DNA of 52,059 bases from Eubacteriales bacterium (GTDB taxonomy: Bacteria > Bacillota > Clostridia > Oscillospirales > CAG-272): the NCBI GenBank assembly GCA_045659365.1, contig JAZOWT010000105.1, forward strand, positions 1 to 52,059. Direction: 5' to 3'. The notes beneath the pieces were generated by a model. It was not told the DNA's origin and searched no databases. It saw only the letters and a list, made by a program, of their open reading frames with translations. Below, one piece after another: positions 35,143 through 45,229 of the stretch. Made by a program: the position numbers and the translations under genes. The stretch's first letter is position 1. Each line of letters opens with the position of its first letter.

Positions 35143-38100
35143 GGATTACCACAAGTCACTATTCGATATGCACATTGGATGCGAAGATCCGCACGCATAT
35201 TTCATCCCATACGAAAGCGTTCAGAAGGCAAGGCGCGGTGCAAGAGGTGCATCGGCATATTTCAAGTCGCTTGCCGGAGAGTGGAGCTTCAAGTTTTACA
35301 AATCGGTAAATGACGTTCCCGCATCGGTAACCGAGCCTATCTCGTTCACCGAGAAAATGGCGGTTCCCGCAAGCTGGCAGTACTCGATCGGCCGTGGATA
35401 TGACGTGCCGCAGTACACAAACGTCATATACCCATTCCCCTTTGATCCCCCTCACGTTCCCGAGGAAAATCCGGCCGCGGTCTACATGCGCGAGTTCACG
35501 CTTGAAGAAGCGCAATTTTCCGACAAGGACGTAATGCTCAACTTTGAGGGAGTTGACTCCTGCTTCTACCTTTTCATCAACGGCTCGTTTGTCGGATACA
35601 GCGAGGTCACACACATGACCAGCGAATTCAACGTCAGCCGATTTGTACGCGCAGGCAGAAACGTTATCACCGTGCTCGTTGTAAAATGGTGCGCGGCATC
35701 CTACCTTGAGGACCAGGACAAGTTCCGCTCCTCCGGTATAATCAGAGAGCCCTACCTGCTCTTCAGAAACAAAAACAGAATAACCGACATATCCGTAAAG
35801 GCCGAGCCGAACGAAACGTTCAAGAAGGCAACCGTCAGTGCGACTGTAAAAACGAATGCCGCCATCGACGTAGAATACACACTTTGCGATATGGCGGGCA
35901 ACAAAATAGCCTCCGGATGCGAAAAATGTGACACGGATACCACCATCGCGATTGCCGATATCAAAAATCCGTATCTTTGGAGCGACGAGGATCCCTACCT
36001 TTACGAGCTGACGTTCAAGTGCGGCGATGAGTTGATCGTATTGAGTGTCGGTGTCAGAAAGGTCGAGATAAAGAACCGCGTAGTTTACATAAACGGCAAG
36101 AAGGTCAAGGTCAAGGGTGTCAACAGACACGACAGCCACCCGGTGCTTGGCGAGGCGGCCACAATGGAGGATATGGAGCGCGACCTCAGGATCATGAAGG
36201 CAAACAACATGAACATGGTGCGCACAAGCCACTACCCGAACGATCCGCGCTTTTACGAGCTTTGTGACAAATACGGCATGTACGTATGCGACGAAACCGA
36301 CCTTGAATGTCACGGAATTCCGAAATACTACGAGGACGATGACCCGTACTTTACAAACGATCCCGCATGGCAGCCGCTTTACATCGACCGTATCGAGCGC
36401 ATGTACGAGCGCGATAAGAACCACCCATCGATAATCATGTGGAGCGTTGGAAACGAATCGAGCGTTGGTATAAACCACAAGGCCATGATCGAGTTTGTCA
36501 AGGCGCGTGATACCTCGAGAATAATGCACGCCTGTGATGAAACCTGGATGGCGCATCACATCGATATGAAGGAAAAGGGCTATGAGAATTGCACCAAGCC
36601 CTCGAGCTACTACCGTTCGTACACCGAGATCGAGTCGAGAATGTACCCCAATCTTGACGACCTTGAGGACTACTACCTCAAATCAGATAACATGCGTGAT
36701 CCGATATTCCTTTGTGAGTATTGCCACGCGATGGGCAACGGCCCCGGCGACGTTGAAAAATACGTCGACTTAATGTATAAATACGATTACTTCTTCGGAG
36801 GATGTATATGGGAGTTCTGCGATCACTCGGTTGCGACCGGTGAATACAGATACGCAACCCCCGATTTCATCTACGGAGGAGACTCGGGCGAAGGACAGCA
36901 CGACTCCAACTTCTGCGTTGACGGTCTTGTTGATCCGGATAGAAAACTTCACACGGGTATGCTTGAGGTCAAGCAGGCCTACCGTCCCGTCGATTTCAAA
37001 TATGACGACGGAAAGCTCACCGTAACCAGCCGCAGATACTTCACGCACCTTTACGATCTCGATCTTTTCTACACAGTTGAGAGAAACGGAGAGGTGATAG
37101 ACGGCGGATGTCTTGGTACGCTTGACATCGCCCCCGAAAAGTCAAAGACGTTTAAATTCTACTCCGACGTGTGCGACGTTACCACGCTTAACGTTTTCGC
37201 AAGACAAAACGAAGAGACACCGTGGGCGCCCATCGGACACGAGGTAGCAAAGGCGCAGTTTATCCTCTCAGATGATCTGTCCTCAAATCCGAAGCCTACC
37301 AAGGCACACCTCGAAGAAAGCGACAGGGCTATCACAGTTACCTTTGGTGAAAGCAAGGTTAAGATCTGCAAGAAGTGCGGTCTTATATCGAGCATCGAAA
37401 ATAACGGCACCGAAATGCTGGCAGCCCCCATAAGACCTACCGTATGGCGAGCCCCGACCGACAACGACAGAAAGATCCGCCGCAGGTGGCAGGCTGTTGG
37501 CTATGACGTTGAGAATATCGAATGCCGCGGCATAAATATTGCCAAAGACGACAAGAGTTTAAGCATTATCGCTTCGCTTGTTATAATCGGTGTTGACGAA
37601 AAAGAGCTTATAAGCCTTGACGTTACGTACTCGTTCGGTCTTACCGACGGCATCAAGATTAGAACCAAAGCCAAGGTTTCTGAGGATCTTCCTCCCCTGC
37701 CCCGCTTTGGCTTCAAGATCACTATGCCTGAGGGCGCAGAGTGTGTCAGATATTTCGGATATGGCCCGACAGAGTCATATGAGGACAAAAAACTCGATGC
37801 ACGTCTTGGATTTTTCAGGACCACGGTCACCGAAAACTTTGTTAATTACATAAAGCCGCAGGAGAACGGAGCGCACTACGGATGCCGCTTTGCAGACGTA
37901 TCCTTCCACCACGGACAGGGCCTTTACTTCTCGGCTGATAGATTCTCGCTTTCAGTTTCGCACTACTCACCCAAGCTCTTGACCGAAACCGCACACGCGT
38001 ATGAGCTGACACCCGAAAAGGAAACCACCGTTATAGTGGATTACCGTAACGCAGGTATCGGCTCGGCATCATGCGGACCGACGCTTTTGCCCGAGTATAC

Positions 38101-38194
38101 GATAAGCGAGCGCGAGATATATTTTACGTTTAATATAAAGTCGGTATTCATATCCGACGTATCACCCTTTGATGAATTTGTAGGAGATAATTAA
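35126..38194 (+). CDS. Beta-galactosidase, GH2 (LacZ/EbgA type)
   Basis: PQYTNV.YPF, FEGVDS, YLEDQD, KGVNRH, RTSHYP, WSVGNE (acid/base) and LCEY.HAMGN (nucleophile) motifs. ATG at 35126 has an AAGGAG RBS. Confidence 0.92.
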   Translation: MPFGVKDYHKSLFDMHIGCEDPHAYFIPYESVQKARRGARGASAYFKSLAGEWSFKFYKSVNDVPASVTEPISFTEKMAVPASWQYSIGRGYDVPQYTNVIYPFPFDPPHVPEENPAAVYMREFTLEEAQFSDKDVMLNFEGVDSCFYLFINGSFVGYSEVTHMTSEFNVSRFVRAGRNVITVLVVKWCAASYLEDQDKFRSSGIIREPYLLFRNKNRITDISVKAEPNETFKKATVSATVKTNAAIDVEYTLCDMAGNKIASGCEKCDTDTTIAIADIKNPYLWSDEDPYLYELTFKCGDELIVLSVGVRKVEIKNRVVYINGKKVKVKGVNRHDSHPVLGEAATMEDMERDLRIMKANNMNMVRTSHYPNDPRFYELCDKYGMYVCDETDLECHGIPKYYEDDDPYFTNDPAWQPLYIDRIERMYERDKNHPSIIMWSVGNESSVGINHKAMIEFVKARDTSRIMHACDETWMAHHIDMKEKGYENCTKPSSYYRSYTEIESRMYPNLDDLEDYYLKSDNMRDPIFLCEYCHAMGNGPGDVEKYVDLMYKYDYFFGGCIWEFCDHSVATGEYRYATPDFIYGGDSGEGQHDSNFCVDGLVDPDRKLHTGMLEVKQAYRPVDFKYDDGKLTVTSRRYFTHLYDLDLFYTVERNGEVIDGGCLGTLDIAPEKSKTFKFYSDVCDVTTLNVFARQNEETPWAPIGHEVAKAQFILSDDLSSNPKPTKAHLEESDRAITVTFGESKVKICKKCGLISSIENNGTEMLAAPIRPTVWRAPTDNDRKIRRRWQAVGYDVENIECRGINIAKDDKSLSIIASLVIIGVDEKELISLDVTYSFGLTDGIKIRTKAKVSEDLPPLPRFGFKITMPEGAECVRYFGYGPTESYEDKKLDARLGFFRTTVTENFVNYIKPQENGAHYGCRFADVSFHHGQGLYFSADRFSLSVSHYSPKLLTETAHAYELTPEKETTVIVDYRNAGIGSASCGPTLLPEYTISEREIYFTFNIKSVFISDVSPFDEFVGDN

Positions 38195-38198
38195 AACA

Positions 38199-40814
38199 AT
38201 GGAATGGACTTCACTTAACGACTTAAGAGAGAAATTTCTCTCATTCTTCGAGAGCAAGGGACATATAAGACTCCCCAGCTTCTCTCTTGTACCCAACAAC
38301 GACAAATCACTTCTTCTTATCAACTCGGGTATGGCACCCATGAAGAAGTACTTTACCGGCGAGGAAATTCCCCCTCGTAACCGCGTTTGTACCTGCCAGA
38401 AGTGTATAAGAACCCCTGACCTTGAAAGAGTTGGTCACACCGCACGTCACGGCACGTATTTCGAAATGCTCGGTAACTTCTCCTTTGGCGATTACTTTAA
38501 GGACGAGGCTATTCCGTGGGCATGGGAGTTCCTTACCGAAACCCTTGCTATTCCCTCTGATCTTCTCTGGCCCTCCGTTTACGAAAAGGACGATGAGGCT
38601 TATGCAATCTGGCGCGACAAGATCGGTGTACCCGAGGCACACATCGTTCGCCTTGGTAAGGCGGATAACTTCTGGGAGCACGGCACCGGTCCCTGTGGCC
38701 CCTGCTCCGAGATCTACTTTGACCGCGGACTCAAGTACGGCTGCGGCTCTCCCGACTGTAAGCCCGGATGCGACTGTGACAGATTCATGGAGATCTGGAA
38801 CAACGTATTCTCCCAGTTCAACAACGACGGACAGGGCAATTACACCGAGCTTGCACAGAAAAACATTGACACGGGTATGGGTCTTGAGCGTCTTGCATGC
38901 GTAATGCAGGGTGTTGATAACCTCTTTGAGGTAGACACCGTAAGACGTCTTCTTGACACCGTTTGCTCCATCGCGGGCAAGACCTATGGCGCAGATAAGG
39001 ACGACGACGTTTCTATCCGCGTTATCACCGGCCACGTAAGAAGCTCCACGTTTATGATCAGCGACGGCGTTATCCCCTCCAACGAGGGACGCGGCTACGT
39101 TCTTCGTAGAATTCTCCGTCGTGCATGCCGTCACGGTAAGCTCCTCGGCATCAACAGAAAGTTCCTTGTTGAGCTTTGCGAGATCGTTATCGAGCAAAAT
39201 GCGGGCGCATATCCCGAGCTTAAGACCAAATACGATTATATCCTTAAGGTAGTAAGCCTTGAGGAGGATCGCTTCAATGCAACTATTGATGCCGGCCTCG
39301 GCATCCTTTCCGGTATCGTTGAGGATGCAAAGAATAGCGGCAAGACCACCATCAGCGGTGCAGACGCGTTCAAGCTTTACGACACGTTCGGCTTCCCCCC
39401 TGATCTTACACGCGAGATCGCAGAGGAGTCCGGCCTCAAGGTAGACGAGGACGAGTTCAAGGCGCTCATGAACGAGCAGAAAACCCGTGCAAGAGCGGCA
39501 AGAGGAAACATCTCCGGCTGGGCTGACTCGGGCATCAAGCTTGATAACCTTCCCGAAACCGAGTTCCTTGGTTATGACAGCAACGAGTGTGAGGCTAAGG
39601 TGCTTGCGATCATCGCAGACGGCGAGTCTGTTGATAAGATCAACGAGGGTGAGGCAAGCGTAATACTCGACAAAACCGTATTTTACGGTGAGGGCGGCGG
39701 CCAGGTAGGTGACACGGGTGCCATCCTCGGCGGTGTTACCGCTGTTGTGACCGATACCAAAAAGGCTAACGGAATCTACATTCACGAAATAAACGTTGAG
39801 TCAGGCGAGATCAAGCTTGGCGATACTGTAACACTCAAAATAGACGTTGCACGTCGCGCATCTATCAGAAGAAATCACTCCTCCTGCCACCTTCTTCAGG
39901 CAGCGCTCCGCAAGGTGCTTGGCACTCACGTTGAGCAGGCAGGCTCCTATGTTGACGAACACAGAGTTCGCTTCGACTTCACTCATCTTTCGGCTATGAC
40001 GGCTGAAGAGCTTACAGCAGTTGAGACCGAGGTAAACAAGAACATTCTTCTTGCCGAGGCTGCAAACACCACCGTGTGTGATCCCAACACCGCAAGAAAG
40101 ATGGGCGCTATGGCTCTGTTCGGCGAGTAGTACGGCGACAAGGTAAGAGTTGTGGCAATCGGCTCATCCTCTCTTGAGCTTTGCGGCGGTACTCACGTAT
40201 CCAACACCGGTGAGATCGGTCTTTTCAAGATCATTTCCGAAACCAGCGTTGCCGCAGGTGTAAGAAGAATTGAGGGTACCACCGGTCTTGGCGTGCTTGC
40301 ACTTCTTGAGGAAAAGGAAGCACTTATCAAGGATACCGCGAAGGAGCTTAAGACACCCGACGTTAATGCAATCGCGAAGAAGGCAACCTCTCTCCAGGCA
40401 GACATCAAGGAGCTTCGCCGTCAGCTTGACAGTGCAAATTCGAAGATCTCCGAGATGAAGTCCCAGTCGCTTATCGACAACGTAAAGACCGTTGGCAAGT
40501 TCAAGCTTCTCACCGCAAAGGTAGATGCACGTCCCGACGAGGCACGCGCGCTTTGTGACACCTTCAAGTCCAAGTTCTCCGACGGTGTTGTAGTATTCGC
40601 GGCAGTTTCGGGCGACAAGCTTAACTTTGTCAGTGCGGCAGGTGCCGAGGCAGTTAAGGCCGGCGCACATGCAGGCAACATCCTCAAGGATATCTCCGCT
40701 ATCTGCGGCGGTAAGGGTGGCGGCAGACCCGACAGCGCTATGTCCGGTGGCCGTGACATCGACAAGATTGATGAGGCCCTTGCAAGAGTTGAGGAAATTC
40801 TTGCTTCCATTTAA
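38199..40814 (+). CDS. alaS: Alanine--tRNA ligase, 871 codons, interrupted by one in-frame TAG at 40128-40130 (error, nonsense allele or read-through)
   Basis: NSGMAPMK, RHGTYFEMLGNFSFGDYFK, DTGMGLER and NHS..HLL lie before the TAG. ELCGGTH, GVRRIE and GGKGGGRP lie after it in the same frame. Context MALFGE*YGDKVRVV. Confidence 0.9.
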
Positions 40815-40828
40815 TTAAATAAAGAAAG

Positions 40829-40864
40829 AAAAGGCTCTTGGTTACTGTACCAAGAGCCTTTTTT
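40829..40864 (+). terminator. alaS terminator (bidirectional)
   Basis: aaaaggctcttggt-tactgt-accaagagcctttttt. Confidence 0.9.
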
Positions 40865-40874
40865 ATGTGGTTTT

Positions 40875-41246
40875 TCAGTTGCTTATTCCCTCAAGAAGCT
40901 TGGAGAAAAATTCGGGATTGATCGCCACTATGATAATAGATGCCGCGGAAAATATAACGCTGAATATGGAGCAAAGTATTGCCGCGATTATAAAGCCGTT
41001 AAAATATCCCATTTTAACTCTGGCAATAACCGAGAGTATGATCGCCACAGCACCAAGGATAAGTCCCGCCCATCCAAGAGTTGAGAGCGCAAGAGATACA
41101 ACTGCACATATAAGAGCAGTTACCGACCAAATAAGTGTCTTAGGCTTACCCTTTTCGTTTACTATCGCAAATGCGCGATCAGCCTCGTTGTCCTGCTTCA
41201 CCTCGGCAAGCGCGGTAGTTTCGTTTTCTCTTTTCTCGTCGTTCAT
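40875..41246 (-). CDS. Small membrane protein (2-3 TM helices, DUF4190-like)
   Basis: AAAGGA RBS; charged N-terminus followed by hydrophobic helices. Confidence 0.65.
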   Translation of the reverse strand: MNDEKRENETTALAEVKQDNEADRAFAIVNEKGKPKTLIWSVTALICAVVSLALSTLGWAGLILGAVAIILSVIARVKMGYFNGFIIAAILCSIFSVIFSAASIIIVAINPEFFSKLLEGISN

Positions 41247-41339
41247 TTCTCGAGCATCCTTTCTTTTTTATTTACAATATAAATTCTAACACGAAAGAGG
41301 TAAATAATCAATAGTAATTGAAAATTTTCCTTTTTATTT

Positions 41340-41369
41340 GTATATTTTCCTTTTATCGCGGTCAATATA
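41340..41369 (+). promoter_or_regulatory. Possible forespore (sigmaF/sigmaG-type) promoter of the spoVA genes
   Basis: GTATA-N15-GGTCAATATA upstream of spoVAC. Confidence 0.4.
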
Positions 41370-41426
41370 ATACAAACCGCCGGAGCGGATAACAACACCT
41401 CATAGCAGAGCGAAACGGAGAAAAGC

Positions 41427-41873
41427 ATGGAACCAAGCGAAAAATACGTCAGACTGACCGAGAAGTACACACCGAAAACAAGCACACTTTCACACACCTT
41501 ACGCGCCTTTTTCGGCGGTGGGTTGATTTGTGCCGCGGGTGAGTGTCTCGCTTCATTTTATTTATATTTGGGACTTGATGTGAAGGATGCATACCTTGCT
41601 GTTACTCTCACGTTTATACTTATAGGATCTCTTGCAACGGCACTTGGATTCTTTGATAAAATATCAAACATTATCTATGCCGGAACACTTGTACCCGTGA
41701 CAGGATTTTCAAATTCGATAACCAGTGCAGCAATAGATACGCGCACCGAGGGGTATGTAAGCGGTGTTGGAAGCAAGATATTTACAGTAGCCGGGCCTGT
41801 TATACTTTTTGCCGGAATAAGCGGTTCTTTGTATGGTTTTGTTTACTTTTTAACAAGTTTGATACAAAAATAA
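41427..41873 (+). CDS. spoVAC: Stage V sporulation protein AC
   Basis: AFFGGGLIC, AGTLVPVTGFSNS and EGYVSGVGSKIFTVAGPVI motifs. Confidence 0.92.
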   Translation: MEPSEKYVRLTEKYTPKTSTLSHTLRAFFGGGLICAAGECLASFYLYLGLDVKDAYLAVTLTFILIGSLATALGFFDKISNIIYAGTLVPVTGFSNSITSAAIDTRTEGYVSGVGSKIFTVAGPVILFAGISGSLYGFVYFLTSLIQK

Positions 41874-41945
41874 TTCGACACGCCCCCTATACAACGCGCA
41901 TTTTTCGACTAAGGCGCCATTTTTTAAACAAATATTGGAGATACA

Positions 41946-42956
41946 ATGAGAAGGATAATAAAGCTTGACAAAAAGCCGTACTTTTTATCCCACGCGGCAG
42001 TGGGTGGATATGAGGAAAGACGAGGGCCGCTTGGCAGCGCGTTTGACCTTTGTGACGATACCGATCTTTTCGGTATGAAAAGCTGGGAGAGTGCGGAGAG
42101 CGAGATGGGGCGACTCGCCCTAAATCTTGCCCTTAACAAGGCATCACTGTCCGAGGACGTGCTGGACGTAGTTCTTGGAGGAGATCTTGAAAATCAGTGT
42201 GTCGCATCGTCGGGCGGTCTTTACACCTTTGGTATTCCGTACATCGGGCTTTATTCCGCCTGCTCGACCTGTACCGAAGGACTGCTCCTGCTTTCTCTCC
42301 TTTTATCCTTTACCGAGATGAGGTACGGTGCGGGTGTGACCACCTCGCACAACTCTGCCGCCGAGCGCCAGTTCAGAACACCGATAGAGTACGGAGCGCA
42401 AAGACCACCGAGCGCACAGTGGACGGCAACCGCCGCCGGCGCGTTCATAATGTCTGCCGAGCGGCACAACGGACAAAGGGTGTACGTGGACAACGTGATG
42501 CTAGGCAAGATCGTAGACGGACTCTGCAAGGACGGAGCAAACATGGGCGCGTCCATGGCGCGCGCCGCATTCGATAGCATCTACACCTACTTTTCCCTCT
42601 CGGGCTCCTCTCCGCGCGAATTTGACCTTATCGTCACGGGAGACCTCGGTAAGGTAGGCTCAAGTATTCTGTGCGACATGCTCGCAAAGGAAGTCCCCGG
42701 AGCAGAAAGGCTTCATATCGACTGCGGCAATCTTCTCTACAACCAGGAGAAGAAAAGTCTGAACTCGGGTGCATCTGGATGCGGATGCTCGGCATCGGTG
42801 CTGTCAGCATATTTTCTACCAATGCTTCAGTCGGGTAGACTGAACAACATTCTTTTTCTTTCAACCGGAGCTCTGATGAACCCACAAAGCCTGCTCCAGG
42901 GGAACACCATACTCGGAATTGCCCCTGTAATAAACATCCGCTCGGAGGTGAAGTAG
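41946..42956 (+). CDS. spoVAD: Stage V sporulation protein AD
   Basis: E..GPLG, SWESAES, GGDL.NQ, ACST, AERQFRTP.EYG.QRP and TGDLG motifs. Confidence 0.93.
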   Translation: MRRIIKLDKKPYFLSHAAVGGYEERRGPLGSAFDLCDDTDLFGMKSWESAESEMGRLALNLALNKASLSEDVLDVVLGGDLENQCVASSGGLYTFGIPYIGLYSACSTCTEGLLLLSLLLSFTEMRYGAGVTTSHNSAAERQFRTPIEYGAQRPPSAQWTATAAGAFIMSAERHNGQRVYVDNVMLGKIVDGLCKDGANMGASMARAAFDSIYTYFSLSGSSPREFDLIVTGDLGKVGSSILCDMLAKEVPGAERLHIDCGNLLYNQEKKSLNSGASGCGCSASVLSAYFLPMLQSGRLNNILFLSTGALMNPQSLLQGNTILGIAPVINIRSEVK

Positions 42957-42958
42957 AT

Positions 42959-43324
42959 ATGATTACAAGGCTGATCCTTGCCTTTGCCGTTGGCGGCCTG
43001 TTATGTGCCATAGCACAGCTCCTGATAGACAAAACCAAGCTTACCCCGGCGCGCATACTCGTCCTTTACGTCGTTTCGGGTGTCATTATCGGTGCGATCG
43101 GGCTTTACGACCCGATATTCGATGCCGTCGGATGCGGAATATCCCTGCCTCTTGTCGGATTTGGCGGTACGGTTGCGAGGGGTGTACGAGAGGCGGTGGA
43201 CAAGTACGGCGCGTGGGGTATCCTTAACGGCCCCTTTACGGCCATGAGTGCCGGTGTGAACGTAGCCCTGATATCCGGCTTTGTCGCATCCCTTTTCTTT
43301 AAGGGAAAATCAAAGCGATTATAA
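42959..43324 (+). CDS. spoVAE: Stage V sporulation protein AE (AEb-type)
   Basis: AFAVGGLLCAIAQLLIDKTKLTPARILV and P..GFG motifs. Confidence 0.92.
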   Translation: MITRLILAFAVGGLLCAIAQLLIDKTKLTPARILVLYVVSGVIIGAIGLYDPIFDAVGCGISLPLVGFGGTVARGVREAVDKYGAWGILNGPFTAMSAGVNVALISGFVASLFFKGKSKRL

Positions 43325-43354
43325 AAAGAGCCCCTCAAAAAAGAGGGCTCTTTT
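43324..43354 (+). terminator. spoVA operon terminator
   Basis: aaaagagccc-ctcaaaaaaga-gggctctttt. Confidence 0.8.
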
Positions 43355-43402
43355 ACTTTGAAATTTTTTTGACGGAATCCTGTATTTTCCCGCGAATTTT
43401 TC

Positions 43403-43431
43403 TTGATTTTTCCTTTACACTATGTTATAAT
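43403..43431 (+). promoter_or_regulatory. sigmaA promoter of dnaA
   Basis: TTGATT-17 bp-TATAAT with TG extension. Confidence 0.75.
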
Positions 43432-43505
43432 AGTAATAACTATTATAGCAAAAGGCCGTATTATACCCTTTTTCAGGAAAAGCAGCATTTTAAAAGGAGG
43501 ACAAA

Positions 43506-44936
43506 ATGAACGAAGAGCTTAACGAAATAGTGACGGTGATGCTTGATCAGATCAGTGAAAAATTCAACGGTCCGGCATTCAACATTTGGTTTGGCGGCTT
43601 TTCTCTTGCCTCACTCGATGAGGAAAAGGCCGTGTTCACTACCCCCTCAAACTTAAGACAAAAATTTTTATCGGGCAAATACAGACCTCTTATCGAGGAG
43701 GCACTTACCGATGCGATAGGTTTCCCCGTTGAAATTGAAATAATATCCACCGAGAATAACGAGGGATTTGAGGATAAATCCAGCATTGTTATTCCCCAGC
43801 CCACCGAGGACTCGAGAAGAGATTCGGATAAGAGAAAAAAGGAAATAGATCAGTTCCTTTCAGGCAAGGATGACGGCGATGATAACGGTGCTGTTGAAAA
43901 CGGCAACGACTCAAAGCGCAGTGTTGTAAGCAACTACACCTTCGATAATTTCATTGAGGGTGCATCAAACAAGTTTGCAAGAGCCGCTTGTATGGCGGTA
44001 GCAATGGAGCCGGCGACCACTTATAACCCTCTTTTCATTTACGGTAACTCCGGACTTGGTAAAACACACCTGCTTTACGCGATCATTAACTACATAAAGA
44101 ACAATCACCCCAAGATGAAGATCGTTTACAGAAAGAGCGAGGACTTCATAAACGAGCTTATCGCGGCGATCCAGCGCGGTGACACCGCCTCGTTCAAGAA
44201 CGCGTACAGAAACGCGGACGTTCTTCTTATCGACGATATTCAGTTTATCGCGGGCAAGGAGTCAACGCAGGAGGAGTTCTTCCACACCTTCTCCGCTCTT
44301 TACGAGTCAGGAAAGCAGATAATCCTCACGTCTGACCGTCCTCCCATGGAAATAAAACCCCTGGAGGAAAGATTACGCACCAGATTTGAGGGTGGATTGC
44401 TTGCGGACGTCCAAAAGCCCAGCTTCGAGCTTAGAACCGCTATAATCAAGAAAAAAGCGGCTGAAATCAATATGGAGATCTCCAACGATCTCGTCAACTA
44501 CATGGCCGAGCGCCTGCAGCACGACATAAGACAGATCGAGGGTGCGCTCAAGAAGCTGTATGCCGCATCGAGCATCGGCGGTCTTGAGATCACCAAGGAA
44601 ACGATCGATCAGATCATCTCCTCCATCGACCCCGGCAACATCCCGACCGACACGATGGTTGAAAGAATTCTTGCCTCAACCGCGAAATACTACGGCGTAA
44701 CAGTCGAGGACATCAAGTCCAAGAAGAAGAACGACCAGGTTGCAAATGCAAGACACATTGCAGTTTATATAATCCGCCGACTTACCGAGCTTCCCTTTAA
44801 GAAGATCGGAGAGTTTGTAGGACGCGACCACTCAACGGTAATGTCCTCTATCGGCAAGGTTGAAATTAACATCAAGACCGTAAAGAACACCGACTCGGAT
44901 ATAAACAAGATAATCCGCGAGGTTAAAAACGTCTGA
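43506..44936 (+). CDS. dnaA: Chromosomal replication initiator
   Basis: YTFDNF, YNPLFIYGNSGLGKTHL, LLIDDIQF, QEEFFHTF and GRDHSTV motifs. Confidence 0.98.
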   Translation: MNEELNEIVTVMLDQISEKFNGPAFNIWFGGFSLASLDEEKAVFTTPSNLRQKFLSGKYRPLIEEALTDAIGFPVEIEIISTENNEGFEDKSSIVIPQPTEDSRRDSDKRKKEIDQFLSGKDDGDDNGAVENGNDSKRSVVSNYTFDNFIEGASNKFARAACMAVAMEPATTYNPLFIYGNSGLGKTHLLYAIINYIKNNHPKMKIVYRKSEDFINELIAAIQRGDTASFKNAYRNADVLLIDDIQFIAGKESTQEEFFHTFSALYESGKQIILTSDRPPMEIKPLEERLRTRFEGGLLADVQKPSFELRTAIIKKKAAEINMEISNDLVNYMAERLQHDIRQIEGALKKLYAASSIGGLEITKETIDQIISSIDPGNIPTDTMVERILASTAKYYGVTVEDIKSKKKNDQVANARHIAVYIIRRLTELPFKKIGEFVGRDHSTVMSSIGKVEINIKTVKNTDSDINKIIREVKNV

Positions 44937-45130
44937 TAGGTTTTCCACAAAAGAATGTTATTTTACGGTGGAAAACGGTGTTGAGCTCAATAAACAGTAT
45001 TCCACACTTAAGCAACAGAAAATTGTGGAATAAAAGAGGCAAAAAAACCGCGGAATATAAGGGCTCAGACGACATTTCCACAATTTCAACACCCCCTACA
45101 ACGACAACACCTACCAAATAAACCATTATT
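44937..45130. other. Replication origin oriC (dnaA-dnaN intergenic)
   Basis: DnaA-box-like 9-mers: TTTTCCACA 44941, GGTGGAAAA 44967, TATTCCACA 44998, TGTGGAATA 45024, and tandem ATTTCCACA/ATTTCAACA 45074-45091. These are followed by CCCCC, trio-like TAC AAC GAC AAC and an AT-rich stretch. Confidence 0.85.
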
Positions 45131-45229
45131 TGTTCTTCTGCCTCCGGCAAGGAAAACGAAAGCGGCATGGCCGCAAGAAAACAAAATCGGAATGTCTTGT
45201 CCTAGCGGGCAGACGGAATGGAGTATAAA

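Noticed and set aside
40152-40814. Independent gene (AlaX/DHHA1 protein)
   Set aside because: It is in frame and collinear with alaS and lacks the HxxxH half of the editing site, so it is the alaS C-terminus after the TAG.
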